Of a stretch of 64,000 nt of DNA, positions 20,044 through 30,136 are shown piece after piece; positions within the stretch are counted from its first letter, which is position 1, and every line of letters starts with the position of its first letter. The DNA comes from Clostridia bacterium. Lineage in GTDB: Bacteria; Bacillota; Clostridia; UMGS1840. Location of the stretch: the NCBI GenBank assembly GCA_045541975.1, contig JAZQKB010000022.1, positions 30,616 through 94,615 on the forward strand. The letters are read 5' to 3'. A model generated the notes under the pieces. It was not told the DNA's origin and made no database searches. It saw nothing but the letters and a program-made list of their open reading frames with translations. The position numbers and the translations under genes are program-made.

Positions 20044-21375
20044 ATGAACCAAACCATTCATATTGTTGGCGGTGGGCTGGCGGGTGTGGAAGCAGCCTAT
20101 GTCATCGCCAACTTAGGCGGATTTGTGAAGCTTTATGAAATGAAGCCTCATAAAAAATCACCTGCCCATCATAGCGACAATTTAGCAGAGCTTGTCTGCT
20201 CCAATTCATTAAAAGGGAACCGTATTTCCAATGCTTGCGGACTGCTCAAAGAAGAACTTCGTCTGCTGGGTTCTCTTTGTATGAAAAGTGCAGAATTATC
20301 CCGTGTTCCTGCAGGAGACGCCTTAGCAGTGGACCGTGATAAATTTTCGGCTTACATTACCGAAACGATCCAAAATCATCCCAATATCGAGGTGATTTCC
20401 GAAGAAGTGACCGAAATTCCGGATGGTATCTGTATCTTGGCAACAGGTCCTCTGACCTCGGAACCTTTGGCAAAGGAAATTGCCAAACTTTTGGGTGAAG
20501 AAAGTCTGTACTTTTTTGATGCGGCAGCACCTGTGGTGGCAAAAGACAGCATTGATATGTCTGTTTGCTATAAAATGGCACGTTACGGAAAAGGTACTGC
20601 CGATTATATCAACTGTCCTTTTACCAAAGAGCAGTATGATGCTTTTTATGAAGAGCTAATCCATGCCAAACTTGCGCCTCTGCATTTGGAGGAAGAACAG
20701 AAAATCAAGGTATTTGAAGGTTGTATGCCCATTGAAGTAATGGCAAAACGAGGTGAAAAAACCTTACTGTTTGGCCCCATGAAGCCGGTTGGCTTACCTG
20801 ATCCCGAAACGGGCAAAGAATACCATGCGGTGGTTCAGCTTCGTCAGGAAAATGCAGAGGACACCTTGTATAACTTGGTCGGTTTTCAGACCAATTTAAC
20901 CTTCCCTGAGCAAAAACGGGTATTTTCTATGATTCCCGGCTTAGCCAATGCTGAATTTTTACGTTACGGTGTGATGCACCGCAATACCTACATTAATGCC
21001 CCAAAAAATCTTAAGCCTACCAATCAGCTGAAAAAACATCCTCATCTGTTTTTAGCAGGGCAGATGACCGGGGTGGAAGGCTATGTGGAATCCATGGCAT
21101 CGGGCCTTTTGGCAGGGGTGAATGCTTACTTATATGCCAACGGACAAGAACCCCTTGTGTTCCCGAAAGAAACGGCACTTGGCTCTTTATTAGGCTATAT
21201 TACCGATGAAACCATCGAAAATTTCCAACCTATGAATATGAATTTTGGCATCTTACCGAAATTAAACGAACGAATCAAATCCAAGCAGGAGCGTTACGAA
21301 AAAATTGCTACGATTGCTTTGGAAAACATGAAAGAATTTATCTCTCATAACAAAATCTTACGAGGAGAACCGTAA
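20044..21375 (+). CDS. trmFO: tRNA (uracil-54)-methyltransferase TrmFO
   Basis: GGGLAG.EAA, AELVCSNS, YGVMHRNTY and GQMTGVEGYVES motifs. Confidence 0.96.
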   Translation: MNQTIHIVGGGLAGVEAAYVIANLGGFVKLYEMKPHKKSPAHHSDNLAELVCSNSLKGNRISNACGLLKEELRLLGSLCMKSAELSRVPAGDALAVDRDKFSAYITETIQNHPNIEVISEEVTEIPDGICILATGPLTSEPLAKEIAKLLGEESLYFFDAAAPVVAKDSIDMSVCYKMARYGKGTADYINCPFTKEQYDAFYEELIHAKLAPLHLEEEQKIKVFEGCMPIEVMAKRGEKTLLFGPMKPVGLPDPETGKEYHAVVQLRQENAEDTLYNLVGFQTNLTFPEQKRVFSMIPGLANAEFLRYGVMHRNTYINAPKNLKPTNQLKKHPHLFLAGQMTGVEGYVESMASGLLAGVNAYLYANGQEPLVFPKETALGSLLGYITDETIENFQPMNMNFGILPKLNERIKSKQERYEKIATIALENMKEFISHNKILRGEP

Positions 21376-23217
21376 ATGGCAACACAAAACTTACAGAACC
21401 GTCTGGACGAAATCTTATGCGAGGTGGAAAAACCTGCCCGCTATGCCGGTGGAGAATACAACAGTGTTGTGAAAGACTGGGATCAGACCGATTTGCATTT
21501 CACTTTCTGTTTTCCCGATTTGTATGAAATCGGCATGTCACATCTGGGCATAAAAATTTTATACGACATCTTAAACCGTCGGGACGATATCTGGGCAGAG
21601 CGTTCCTTTATGGTTGCTCAGGACATGGAAGATAAACTAAAAGAAAAGGGGATTCCGCTCTATTCGTTGGAAAGCAAAATGCCCTTAAAAAAACACGATA
21701 TTATCGGTTTTACCTTGCAGTATGAACTGTCTTATTCTTCCATTTTGTCCATGCTTTCCTTAGCGGAAATTCCGCTGTTGGCAAAAGACCGTGATGATAC
21801 TTATCCGTTGGTCTGCGCAGGCGGCCCCTGTGCCTTTAATCCCGAGCCGTTAGCCGATTTTATCGACTTCTTCATGATTGGCGAAGGAGAAGATGTCATC
21901 GTAAAAGTGTCTGACATCGTGTTAGCCGGCAAGAAAAACGGTTCTTCCAAAGCAGATATTTTAAAAGAACTTGCAACCTTGCAGGGCGTGTATGTTCCTT
22001 CTTTGGTGGAAGTGACTTATCACGATGACGGCACCGTGGCATCCATTTCTAAAACCGTGGAAAAAACGGTGATTGAAAATTTGTCTGATGCCATTTTCCC
22101 CACAAAACTGGTAGTCCCCTTTGTGGAAGCGGTACACGATCGAATCACGTTAGAAGTGATGCGTGGATGTATGCGAGGATGCCGATTCTGTCAGGCAGGC
22201 TATATTTATCGTCCCAAACGGGAAAAAGATGCAGACAAGCTGTCTGAGATTGCAAAATTATCTTTTTGCAACACCGGTTACGAAGAAATTTCGTTGTCTT
22301 CGCTCTCCACCAGTGATTATTTGCAATTAAAAGATTTAAAATCGAAATTAAATGAATTTACCAAAGAAAAAATGATTAATTTGGCTTTGCCCTCTCTTCG
22401 TATTGATAATTTTCACGAAGAAGCGCTGGAAAGCTTATCTGAAGTGCGAAAAAGCTCTCTCACCTTTGCACCTGAAGCAGGAACTCAGCGAATGAGAGAC
22501 ATTATCAACAAAAATATTTCTGAAGAAACTATTTTAAACACCATGCAGTTTGCCTACGAAAACGGATGGTCCACCGTAAAACTGTATTTTATGATTGGTC
22601 TTCCTTTTGAAACCGACGAAGATGTTTTGGGCATTTGCGAATTGGTGAAAAAAATTGAATCCCTTTATTACAGTGTTCCCAAGGAACAGCGAGGCAAACG
22701 CTTTGGTATTACCGTTTCGGTGTCTACCTTTGTGCCAAAACCGCATACACCGTTCCAGTGGGCGCCTCAGGATTCTTTTGAAACCATTTTACACAAACAG
22801 AATTTGTTAAAAGAGAATTTGCGTTCCAAAAATATCCGCTTAAACTGGCATGATGCTGAGACCTCCGTTTTAGAGGCTGTGTTTGCCCGTGGCGACCGCC
22901 GACTGGGCAAGGTGCTGTTAGAAGCTCATCAGTTGGGCTGTAAACTGGATGGCTGGAACGAATACTTCTCCTTTGAAACTTGGCAAAAAGCATTCCAAAA
23001 TGCCAATGTGGATATGACCTTCTACAGTGAACGGGAACGTTCTTTGGAGGAAGTATTACCCTGGGATGTAACCTTCTGCGGCGTAACCAAAGATTTTTTC
23101 AAACGGGAACTGTTATTGGCAAAAGAAACTCTTACCACGCCCAACTGTCAGGACAAATGTGCAGGCTGCGGCGCCAACCGTTATCAGTGTGACAGTATAT
23201 GTCATAATAGAGGTTAG
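21376..23217 (+). CDS. TIGR03960-family B12-binding radical SAM protein
   Basis: VEKPARY.GGE.N, FPDLYEIGMSHLG, RGCMRGCRFCQAG (CxxxCxxC) and C-terminal C..C.GCG. Confidence 0.9.
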   Translation: MATQNLQNRLDEILCEVEKPARYAGGEYNSVVKDWDQTDLHFTFCFPDLYEIGMSHLGIKILYDILNRRDDIWAERSFMVAQDMEDKLKEKGIPLYSLESKMPLKKHDIIGFTLQYELSYSSILSMLSLAEIPLLAKDRDDTYPLVCAGGPCAFNPEPLADFIDFFMIGEGEDVIVKVSDIVLAGKKNGSSKADILKELATLQGVYVPSLVEVTYHDDGTVASISKTVEKTVIENLSDAIFPTKLVVPFVEAVHDRITLEVMRGCMRGCRFCQAGYIYRPKREKDADKLSEIAKLSFCNTGYEEISLSSLSTSDYLQLKDLKSKLNEFTKEKMINLALPSLRIDNFHEEALESLSEVRKSSLTFAPEAGTQRMRDIINKNISEETILNTMQFAYENGWSTVKLYFMIGLPFETDEDVLGICELVKKIESLYYSVPKEQRGKRFGITVSVSTFVPKPHTPFQWAPQDSFETILHKQNLLKENLRSKNIRLNWHDAETSVLEAVFARGDRRLGKVLLEAHQLGCKLDGWNEYFSFETWQKAFQNANVDMTFYSERERSLEEVLPWDVTFCGVTKDFFKRELLLAKETLTTPNCQDKCAGCGANRYQCDSICHNRG

Positions 23218-23224
23218 CAAAAAG

Positions 23225-24322
23225 ATGAAAAAACTGATTATTGAAACCGAAAAATTAGCGGAAAACGTGAAAAATATCAAAGCATTCTGCAAAGATAACA
23301 CCATTTTCGCAGTGGTCAAAGGGGACGGTTACGGTCTGTCCTTGCTTGCTTATGCCAATTTTTTAAGAGAGCAGGGAATTGCCCATTTTGCCGTTTCCGA
23401 ATCCCAAGAAGCGATTGCTTTAAAAAGTGACGAACGGTTTTCGGATGCTATTGTTTTACTGTTAACACCCGAAAACAATCCCGAATTGGTGAAAGAGTTA
23501 CTCCAAAAAGGTGTTACCTTAACAGTGGGGGCCATCTCTCATCTGGAGCTGATAGAAAAAGTTGCCAAAGAACTGGAAGTTGCACCTTCGGTACATTTAA
23601 AGGTGGACACAGGCTTTGGTCGGTTCGGTTTTTCTTATCGGAATGAGCAGGATATTATTGCCGCAGTGGACAAGCATTTAAAAACCGTCAAGTTTACAGG
23701 GATTTTTACCCATTATTCCTGTTCTTTTGAACCAAAATACAAAATCACAAAAACCCAGGATGAACGCTTTGATTGTATCTTAGCAAAACTTCGTGCAACC
23801 TATCCTGGTTTCTTAGAAAATTTACTCATTCACAGTGCCAATTCCTGCGGTGCGCTTTTATATCCCAACAAAAACCGCAATGCTGTTCGGATTGGTTCTG
23901 CCTTTTTGGGACGTTTGCCTATGAAGTCTCCCGTGAAACTCCATCGGATTGCCTATTTAGAGGTGCGGGTACTGGATGTAAATTCCTTGCAAAAAGGCGA
24001 TAATGTTGCTTACGGAAATACCTACAAAGCGAAAGCAAATATGAATACCGCCGTGATCGGAATCGGCTACAAAGACGGTTTCTTTACCACCAAGCAAAAC
24101 GATGCTTATCGGTTCATTGATGTGCTTCGTTATCTGTATACCGATTTTCGATCAATTGGGAAAAAACAGTATTTGTATCAAGGTAAATACGAAATTTTAG
24201 GTCGGGTAGGAATGTATTGCGCAATCGTAAAAAATGACGGCAGTCTTCATGTGGGGGATCTTGTAAAAGCGGACTGTAATCCCTTGTTTATTGATTCTGC
24301 AATTTGTCGGGAATACCGTTAA
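23225..24322 (+). CDS. Alanine racemase family PLP enzyme (atypical)
   Basis: AVVKGDGYG (PLP Lys), HLKVDTGFGRFG, H.ANS and VAYG..Y motifs. ATG 23225. Confidence 0.85.
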   Translation: MKKLIIETEKLAENVKNIKAFCKDNTIFAVVKGDGYGLSLLAYANFLREQGIAHFAVSESQEAIALKSDERFSDAIVLLLTPENNPELVKELLQKGVTLTVGAISHLELIEKVAKELEVAPSVHLKVDTGFGRFGFSYRNEQDIIAAVDKHLKTVKFTGIFTHYSCSFEPKYKITKTQDERFDCILAKLRATYPGFLENLLIHSANSCGALLYPNKNRNAVRIGSAFLGRLPMKSPVKLHRIAYLEVRVLDVNSLQKGDNVAYGNTYKAKANMNTAVIGIGYKDGFFTTKQNDAYRFIDVLRYLYTDFRSIGKKQYLYQGKYEILGRVGMYCAIVKNDGSLHVGDLVKADCNPLFIDSAICREYR

Positions 24323-24343
24323 ACACGGAAAGGAGAGCATCAA

Positions 24344-25618
24344 ATGGAATATGTTCTTTTAGCATTATCTATCGTGATTTTAGTGCTTTTGATTGTGCTG
24401 TTGGCCGGCAAAAACAATCAGAATGACTTTAGTAATCTCCGTATGGAATTAACCAATCAGCTGAAAAATATGTCCGATTTGTTAAATGAGTCCCAAAAGC
24501 AAGGCTCCGAGCATCAGGACGCCAGAATCAAAGATTTAAACAACCGCTTTGAATCTTTTCAGAAAGATGTTTCCGAGCGGCTGAAATCCTCCGAAGAACG
24601 GTTGAACCAGTTTTCTTTAAATAATGAGAAAAAACTGGAGCAGATTCGGGAAACGGTGGAAAACAAACTGACAAAAATTCAGGAAGACAACAATAAAAAA
24701 CTGGAAAAAATGCGGGAAACCGTGGACGAAAAACTGCAAAAAACCTTAGAAGACAGAATCGGAAAATCCTTCCAATTAGTTTCCGAGCGGTTGGAAGAAG
24801 TGTATAAAGGTTTAGGAGAAATGAAAACCTTAGCATCCGGTGTGGGTGACTTAAAAAAAGTGCTTTCCAATGTGAAAACCCGTGGAATTTTAGGGGAAAT
24901 TCAGCTTGGTGCCATTTTGGAACAGATGTTTTCACCTGACCAGTACGAGCAGAATGTGGCGGTGAAGCCGGGAAGTGCAAACGTGGTGGAATTTGCCATC
25001 CGTCTACCCGGTGACGGCGAAGAACCCTTGTATCTTCCCATTGATGCCAAATTCCCTGTGGATGCCTATACTCAGTTAACCGATGCCTACGATACTGGTG
25101 ATGTTGCGCAGATTGAAGCGGCAAAAACCGCTTTGGACCGCCGTATCAAGCAGTTTGCAAAAGATATCAGCGAAAAATACATATCACCGCCGGAAACCAC
25201 CGATTTTGCGATTATGTTTTTGCCGGTGGAAGGTCTTTATGCCGAGGTGGTGCGTCACGGATTAGTGGAAGTGTTGCAGCGTGATTATAAAATTAATTTA
25301 GCAGGACCTACCACCATCTGTGCATTTCTGCAAAGCTTACAAATGGGCTTTAAAACACTTGCGATTCAAAAACGTTCCAGCGAAGTGTGGAATGTGCTGG
25401 GTGCCGTAAAATCCGAATTTCAAAAATTTTCCGATGTGATAAAATCTGCGCAGCAACGTCTGGATCAGGCTCACGGAGAATTGGAAAAACTGGTAGGAGT
25501 ACGAACCCGTGCCATCGTGCGAAAATTAAACAGCGTTTCCTCTTTATCCGAAGAAGAAACCAAAAAGATTTTGCCCGATGTTTCTGATGTGTTAGATACA
25601 AGCGATCCCGTTGAATAA
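24344..25618 (+). CDS. rmuC: DNA recombination protein RmuC
   Basis: N-terminal TM, coiled coil, KTRGILGEIQL, PIDAKFP and TTDFAIMFLP.EGLY motifs. Confidence 0.93.
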   Translation: MEYVLLALSIVILVLLIVLLAGKNNQNDFSNLRMELTNQLKNMSDLLNESQKQGSEHQDARIKDLNNRFESFQKDVSERLKSSEERLNQFSLNNEKKLEQIRETVENKLTKIQEDNNKKLEKMRETVDEKLQKTLEDRIGKSFQLVSERLEEVYKGLGEMKTLASGVGDLKKVLSNVKTRGILGEIQLGAILEQMFSPDQYEQNVAVKPGSANVVEFAIRLPGDGEEPLYLPIDAKFPVDAYTQLTDAYDTGDVAQIEAAKTALDRRIKQFAKDISEKYISPPETTDFAIMFLPVEGLYAEVVRHGLVEVLQRDYKINLAGPTTICAFLQSLQMGFKTLAIQKRSSEVWNVLGAVKSEFQKFSDVIKSAQQRLDQAHGELEKLVGVRTRAIVRKLNSVSSLSEEETKKILPDVSDVLDTSDPVE

Positions 25619-25633
25619 AGAGAAGGTGCTGTT

Positions 25634-27082
25634 ATGAAATTTAATCCGAATCTCAATTTGTCTATGCTTACCGACTTTTATGAATTTACCATGTCCAACG
25701 GTTACTTTAAAAACGGTATGAAGGATACCGAGGTAGCTTTTGATTTGTTTTTCAGAAAAGTCCCAAACGATGGAGGCTATGCCATTATGGCAGGTCTTGA
25801 GCAGATGATTGAATACATCAACAATCTGCATTTTTCCAAAGAGGATGTGGAATATCTTCGTGGAAAGGGCATTTTTTCCGAAGAGTTTTTAGAGTATCTT
25901 TCAAACTTTTCTTTTTCCTGTTCTGTGTGGGCAATTCCTGAAGGAACCCCCATTTTTCCCATGGAGCCTGTTGTAAGTGTTCGTGGCCCCGTAATTGAAG
26001 CACAGTTGATGGAGACCATGCTCTTGCTTACCGTAAACCATCAGTCTTTGATTGCTACCAAGGCAAACCGTATTGTGCAGGCATCCGAAGGCAGAGCTGT
26101 AATGGAATTTGGCTCCCGCCGTGCCCAGGGGTATGACGGTGCGATTTACGGTGCCAGAGCAGCCTATATTGGCGGCTGTGCCGGAACTGCCTGCACCGTT
26201 ACCGATCAGCTCTTTGATATTCCTGCCTTGGGTACCATGGCGCACAGCTGGGTGCAGATGTTTGATACTGAGCTGGAAGCTTTTCAAACTTATGCAAGCT
26301 GTTATCCTCATGATTGCACACTGTTAGTAGATACCTACAATGTGTTAAAGTCTGGGATTCCCAATGCAATTAAAGCCTTTGATACCGAAGTGGTTCCCAG
26401 AGGATTTCGTCCCAAAGGAATCCGGATTGACAGCGGTGATATTACCTACTTATCCAAAAAAGCAAGAAAAATGCTGGATGAGGCCGGGTATCCCGATGTG
26501 AAAATTGTGGCATCTAACTCATTGGATGAATACATCATTCGTGATATGTTAAATCAGGGTGCCAAGGTGGATACCTTTGGCGTTGGGGAACGGCTCATCA
26601 CTTCCAAATCCGAACCGGTATTTGGCGGTGTGTATAAATTGGTTTCCGTTTTCCGTGACGGGGAAGAAATCCCTAAAATCAAACTGTCGGAAAACGTGTC
26701 TAAAATTACCATTCCCGGTTTTAAGAGTCTGTATCGACTGTATTCCAACGAAACGGGAAAAGCAATTGCTGACGTGATTACAAAATATGACGAAACTTTT
26801 GACGGTATCACTGAGTATGAACTTTTCCATCCTCAGTTTACTTGGAAGAGAAAAACGGTGACGAACTTTACCGCAAGAAAATTACTGATTCCCATTTTTG
26901 AAAACGGGAAACAGGTGTATACCTCTCCTTCCTTAAAAGAATTAAAGGATTACTGCGAAAAAGAGGTTGCCACCTTGTGGGATGAAGTCACCCGATTTGA
27001 AAATCCGCATACCTACTATGTGGATTTGTCTCCCGATTTATGGCAGATTCGGGATAACATGCTCCAGCAGCACCATGAATAA
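25634..27082 (+). CDS. pncB: Nicotinate phosphoribosyltransferase
   Basis: LTDFYEFTM, EFGSRRAQG, GTMAHSW and GIRIDSGD motifs. Confidence 0.95.
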   Translation: MKFNPNLNLSMLTDFYEFTMSNGYFKNGMKDTEVAFDLFFRKVPNDGGYAIMAGLEQMIEYINNLHFSKEDVEYLRGKGIFSEEFLEYLSNFSFSCSVWAIPEGTPIFPMEPVVSVRGPVIEAQLMETMLLLTVNHQSLIATKANRIVQASEGRAVMEFGSRRAQGYDGAIYGARAAYIGGCAGTACTVTDQLFDIPALGTMAHSWVQMFDTELEAFQTYASCYPHDCTLLVDTYNVLKSGIPNAIKAFDTEVVPRGFRPKGIRIDSGDITYLSKKARKMLDEAGYPDVKIVASNSLDEYIIRDMLNQGAKVDTFGVGERLITSKSEPVFGGVYKLVSVFRDGEEIPKIKLSENVSKITIPGFKSLYRLYSNETGKAIADVITKYDETFDGITEYELFHPQFTWKRKTVTNFTARKLLIPIFENGKQVYTSPSLKELKDYCEKEVATLWDEVTRFENPHTYYVDLSPDLWQIRDNMLQQHHE

Positions 27083-27212
27083 TTTTCATCAGTTGAGCAT
27101 ATTTTTAGCATAAAATCGGAAAAATCTGCCGAACTTTTTTGCATTTTTGCAGAAGATTTCACAGCAAAATCTGTTTATGCTATCATAATCTACTGGTGAA
27201 AGGAGGGAAAAC

Positions 27213-27869
27213 ATGGAGCAGATTATTTTCCATCAAAATCTGATGTATTTTATTCGCTTGTTGGTTGCCGGTTTATGTGGTGTAATCATTGGTTTTGAAC
27301 GAACAAACCGTGCGAAGGAAGCCGGTCTTAGAACGCACTGTATTGTTGCGATTGCATCCTGTCTTATGATGCTGGTTTCGATATACGGATTTATGAATAT
27401 CGAAGGTATTACCAACCGTGATCCTGCCCGTATTGCGGCGCAGATTGTCAGTGGTATCGGTTTCTTGGGTGCTGGTATGGTGTTTGTGAAACATCAGATG
27501 ATCAGCGGTCTTACCACGGCTGCCGGTATTTGGGCAACTGCGGGTATCGGTATGGCAATCGGTTGCGGTATGTATGTGGTGGGCGTTTTAGGAACAGTGC
27601 TGATTTTATTGGCACAAACGGTGCTACATTTTCGTACCAAATTTACCGCAAAACGGAAAAGCAAAATTCTTACAGTCAAGAGTATTGAAAATGCGGATGT
27701 GATTAAAGAACGGTTTGCGGAAAACAAAATCACAGTGTTTGATACCAATATTGTAAAGAAAAACGGAATGTTTACCTATGTGTTTTACATAGAAATTCCA
27801 CACGATTTAAACGAAGAAGAATTTCTTCGTTCCATTCCGTATGACTGTGGCTTAAAAAGCGAAATATAA
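27213..27869 (+). CDS. MgtC/SapB family membrane protein
   Basis: G.ER...K.AGLRTH, DPARIAAQIVSGIGFLGAG and GLTTAAGIW motifs. Confidence 0.92.
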   Translation: MEQIIFHQNLMYFIRLLVAGLCGVIIGFERTNRAKEAGLRTHCIVAIASCLMMLVSIYGFMNIEGITNRDPARIAAQIVSGIGFLGAGMVFVKHQMISGLTTAAGIWATAGIGMAIGCGMYVVGVLGTVLILLAQTVLHFRTKFTAKRKSKILTVKSIENADVIKERFAENKITVFDTNIVKKNGMFTYVFYIEIPHDLNEEEFLRSIPYDCGLKSEI

Positions 27870-27876
27870 TTCATTG

Positions 27877-27915
27877 AAAAAAGGAACTGCTCCCGAGGGA
27901 TGCAGTTCCTTTTTT
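27877..27915. terminator. Bidirectional intrinsic terminator
   Basis: AAAAAAGGAACTGC...GCAGTTCCTTTTTT between convergent genes. Confidence 0.85.
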
Positions 27916-27969
27916 CTTAAGAGAGGATTTAAAAAATTGAGATAGAAATGGCTTGTTTTTTGAGAACAG

Positions 27970-28200
27970 TCAGGATTGTGTTACCAGGGCTTCCTTAGAT
28001 TCCTTAATGGCAACATCCAGCCGTTTTTTTGCCAGGTTTAAATTCATAATGGCGATATCAATATATTCATCCCGGGTAACTTCGTTAAATTTACTCCAGG
28101 CAATGGCAACCTCCTGCTTTGCTTCCATCACTGCGTCATAGGAGGGGTTTTCTTCCGGCTTTTGAAATAACGATGCAATTTTTTTAAATAAGTTTTCCAT
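27970..28200 (-). CDS. DUF2508/YaaL-like small protein
   Basis: AKQE...A...FNEVT.DEYIDIAI..L..A..R pattern typical of YaaL; RBS GAAAGGCGG. Confidence 0.7.
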   Translation of the reverse strand: MENLFKKIASLFQKPEENPSYDAVMEAKQEVAIAWSKFNEVTRDEYIDIAIMNLNLAKKRLDVAIKESKEALVTQS

Positions 28201-28234
28201 TCGGGTTCCGCCTTTCTCACAGTTTTTCTATCCA

Positions 28235-28264
28235 AAGTATATTCCATTTTTATGAAAAATATAC
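28235..28264 (-). promoter_or_regulatory. sigmaG/sigmaF-like promoter of the yaaL-like gene
   Basis: Minus strand GTATA-18-TATACTT, directly after the portal stop codon. Confidence 0.45.
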
Positions 28265-28267
28265 CTG

Positions 28268-30136
28268 TTACACAGTTTTTTCATTAGCTGCTACCAGATA
28301 ATTTTCATGTTCGCTAAGATGCTGTTCCCAAAGCGTTGCAAGGGTGGGATCTTTTGTTTCCAGTTCTTCAAATTCGGAGGTCATCATGTATTTGGTATGT
28401 TCTTCCATATGAATTTCGTGATGATCTCTTGCTTTGACGGGGCATGGAATTTTTTCACGCATTTTCAGATTTTCCCGGGCGGCTTTTGTAGCGTGAAGGG
28501 TTTCGGATTCCATTTTGTTTTCCCAGTCTCCCATTTTCAGCATAGAAAGAATTTTAGATTTGGCACAAGGGGTAATTCTACCGGTTTTAGGATCGGTAAA
28601 AAGTCCCATAGCATAGAGTTCCCGAATCAACTCACGTTTTACCGCCAGAGAGTTTTCAATCTCGTTTTGTGTGGTTAATTCTAACTGTTCGGGAAGCAGA
28701 TTTGTCTGGCTCCAACGAATCAGAGCATTATCGGTGTCGTCACCGCCTAAATGAAGCATTCTTTCAAATAACGCAAACTGACGGTATAATCGCAACCACT
28801 GTTTTGCCACCTCCAACACGGCGTTTCGGATATTTTCCGCACTGACAGCCAGACGGTTATCATCCTGCTGGGATAAAATGCTCAATGCCGTTCCCGAGGT
28901 TACATTAGCGGGTGCTGAAGAATAGCGTGACAGCTCCGAAATGCCGGAAATGGAAACAAACGCTTCTTCCAGACGGTCCTGTTTGGATAAAAAGCTGTAG
29001 GGAAGGGCAGGCGTATCCATAAAGCGGGGCGGTTCGCTGCCTCGCAAATACACAATAGGCATTCCGGGTGGCATTCCATAGTATTCCAAGCTATCTACAT
29101 CTACGCTGCCGTCTTCAATTACGGGGATTCCCAAAGCGGCACGGTTTAAGTATTCGTTGATGCGGTTCTGAATAGCGTTGTAGTCTCTTTGGATGGGAAT
29201 TAAGCGTTCAATGATACTGGTTCCGAAAAAACAACCGGGACGGGATACAGATACCTGCTTCACAAAGGGATACCCTCTGGTGCGATACTTGGCATTTAAG
29301 TAAGGGAGAGGTCCTTCGTACAGTAGCACTTCGTTATAGTATGCCACAATCAGCAGACGACCGTCAGGATGTTTTTTCGTGGGTTTTTCATAGTATTCCA
29401 GCACAATGTCGTAGCCATCTTTGGTTTCTTGCCCCACGCTTTCCAGACTGCCTGTCCAGCCAAGACCGCCCGTGACATTGGTCACGTTGGTCATAGAAAA
29501 CAGATTCACAGAAAATCCCTTTAATTCTGCACCCCATTTTTCTTTGATTTCGTCCACATGGTAGGGGTGAGCATGGATGATGCTTCTTTGCTCTGAAACT
29601 TGCTCTGTGTAAAGGCTTTCAGGATAAATCTCATAGGGACTCAGCACCACCGTGTCCACTTCTCCCGACTTAACGGGAGCACCGTCACTAAGGCAAAGAA
29701 AATCTCCCTGGTCCTTTTGCCATACCGTTTTATAGAATGCAGTCCCTAACAATTCCGACACAGAAACTGCGGTGGCAATTTTTTCGGGAAAGTTCAGTTG
29801 CTTGGAAACTGTTTTCAAAACGGCTGTGGAAATTTTTGCGTTGGCAATATCGTTTAAATCGGAGCTGTCTGTGGTGGCACCAATTTGGGGAACCACACCG
29901 GAAAGCTTTGCCACTCTGGTCTCCATAATGGGCGCAATGTTGTTGTAAACAGCACGTTCTTGATAATCGTACAGTTTTTCAACGGAATAAATTTTTCTGC
30001 CGTTGTAGTCTACATCGCAATACTGATTTCCGTTTAGGAAATTAATATTCAGATTCCATTTTAATTCCAGTTGATTTCGCTTTTCCTTGCGGTCATTAAA
30101 TTCATGACAGACAAATAAAGCCAAGTTTTCAGGCAT
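28268..30136 (-). CDS. Phage portal protein-like (P22/podovirus-type head-tail connector), stand-alone
   Basis: 622 aa with W.LN..F..GNQY, N.I.P....RVAKL, GTAFYK..W, G.V....LSPYEIYP, YPF......PG.F.G.S.IERLIP.Q...N, ISG.S..S.....SG.AL..L..QD and a C-terminal H..H..EH, in the order seen in portal proteins. Confidence 0.72.
   Translation of the reverse strand: MPENLALFVCHEFNDRKEKRNQLELKWNLNINFLNGNQYCDVDYNGRKIYSVEKLYDYQERAVYNNIAPIMETRVAKLSGVVPQIGATTDSSDLNDIANAKISTAVLKTVSKQLNFPEKIATAVSVSELLGTAFYKTVWQKDQGDFLCLSDGAPVKSGEVDTVVLSPYEIYPESLYTEQVSEQRSIIHAHPYHVDEIKEKWGAELKGFSVNLFSMTNVTNVTGGLGWTGSLESVGQETKDGYDIVLEYYEKPTKKHPDGRLLIVAYYNEVLLYEGPLPYLNAKYRTRGYPFVKQVSVSRPGCFFGTSIIERLIPIQRDYNAIQNRINEYLNRAALGIPVIEDGSVDVDSLEYYGMPPGMPIVYLRGSEPPRFMDTPALPYSFLSKQDRLEEAFVSISGISELSRYSSAPANVTSGTALSILSQQDDNRLAVSAENIRNAVLEVAKQWLRLYRQFALFERMLHLGGDDTDNALIRWSQTNLLPEQLELTTQNEIENSLAVKRELIRELYAMGLFTDPKTGRITPCAKSKILSMLKMGDWENKMESETLHATKAARENLKMREKIPCPVKARDHHEIHMEEHTKYMMTSEFEELETKDPTLATLWEQHLSEHENYLVAANEKTV

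Noticed and set aside
21376-23217. Radical SAM enzyme as the SCIFF maturase
   Set aside because: It has TIGR03960 B12-binding architecture, lacks the SPASM/RRE layout of ScfB, and lies 25 kb away.
24528-25124. 198-aa antisense ORF inside rmuC, and the many other 60-150 aa shadow ORFs
   Set aside because: They overlap well-supported genes and have no RBS or recognisable motif; they are typical antisense or off-frame artefacts.
27083-27212. Mg2+ (M-box) riboswitch upstream of the mgtC-like gene
   Set aside because: The region is short and AT-rich with only a weak stem; no M-box features are recognisable.
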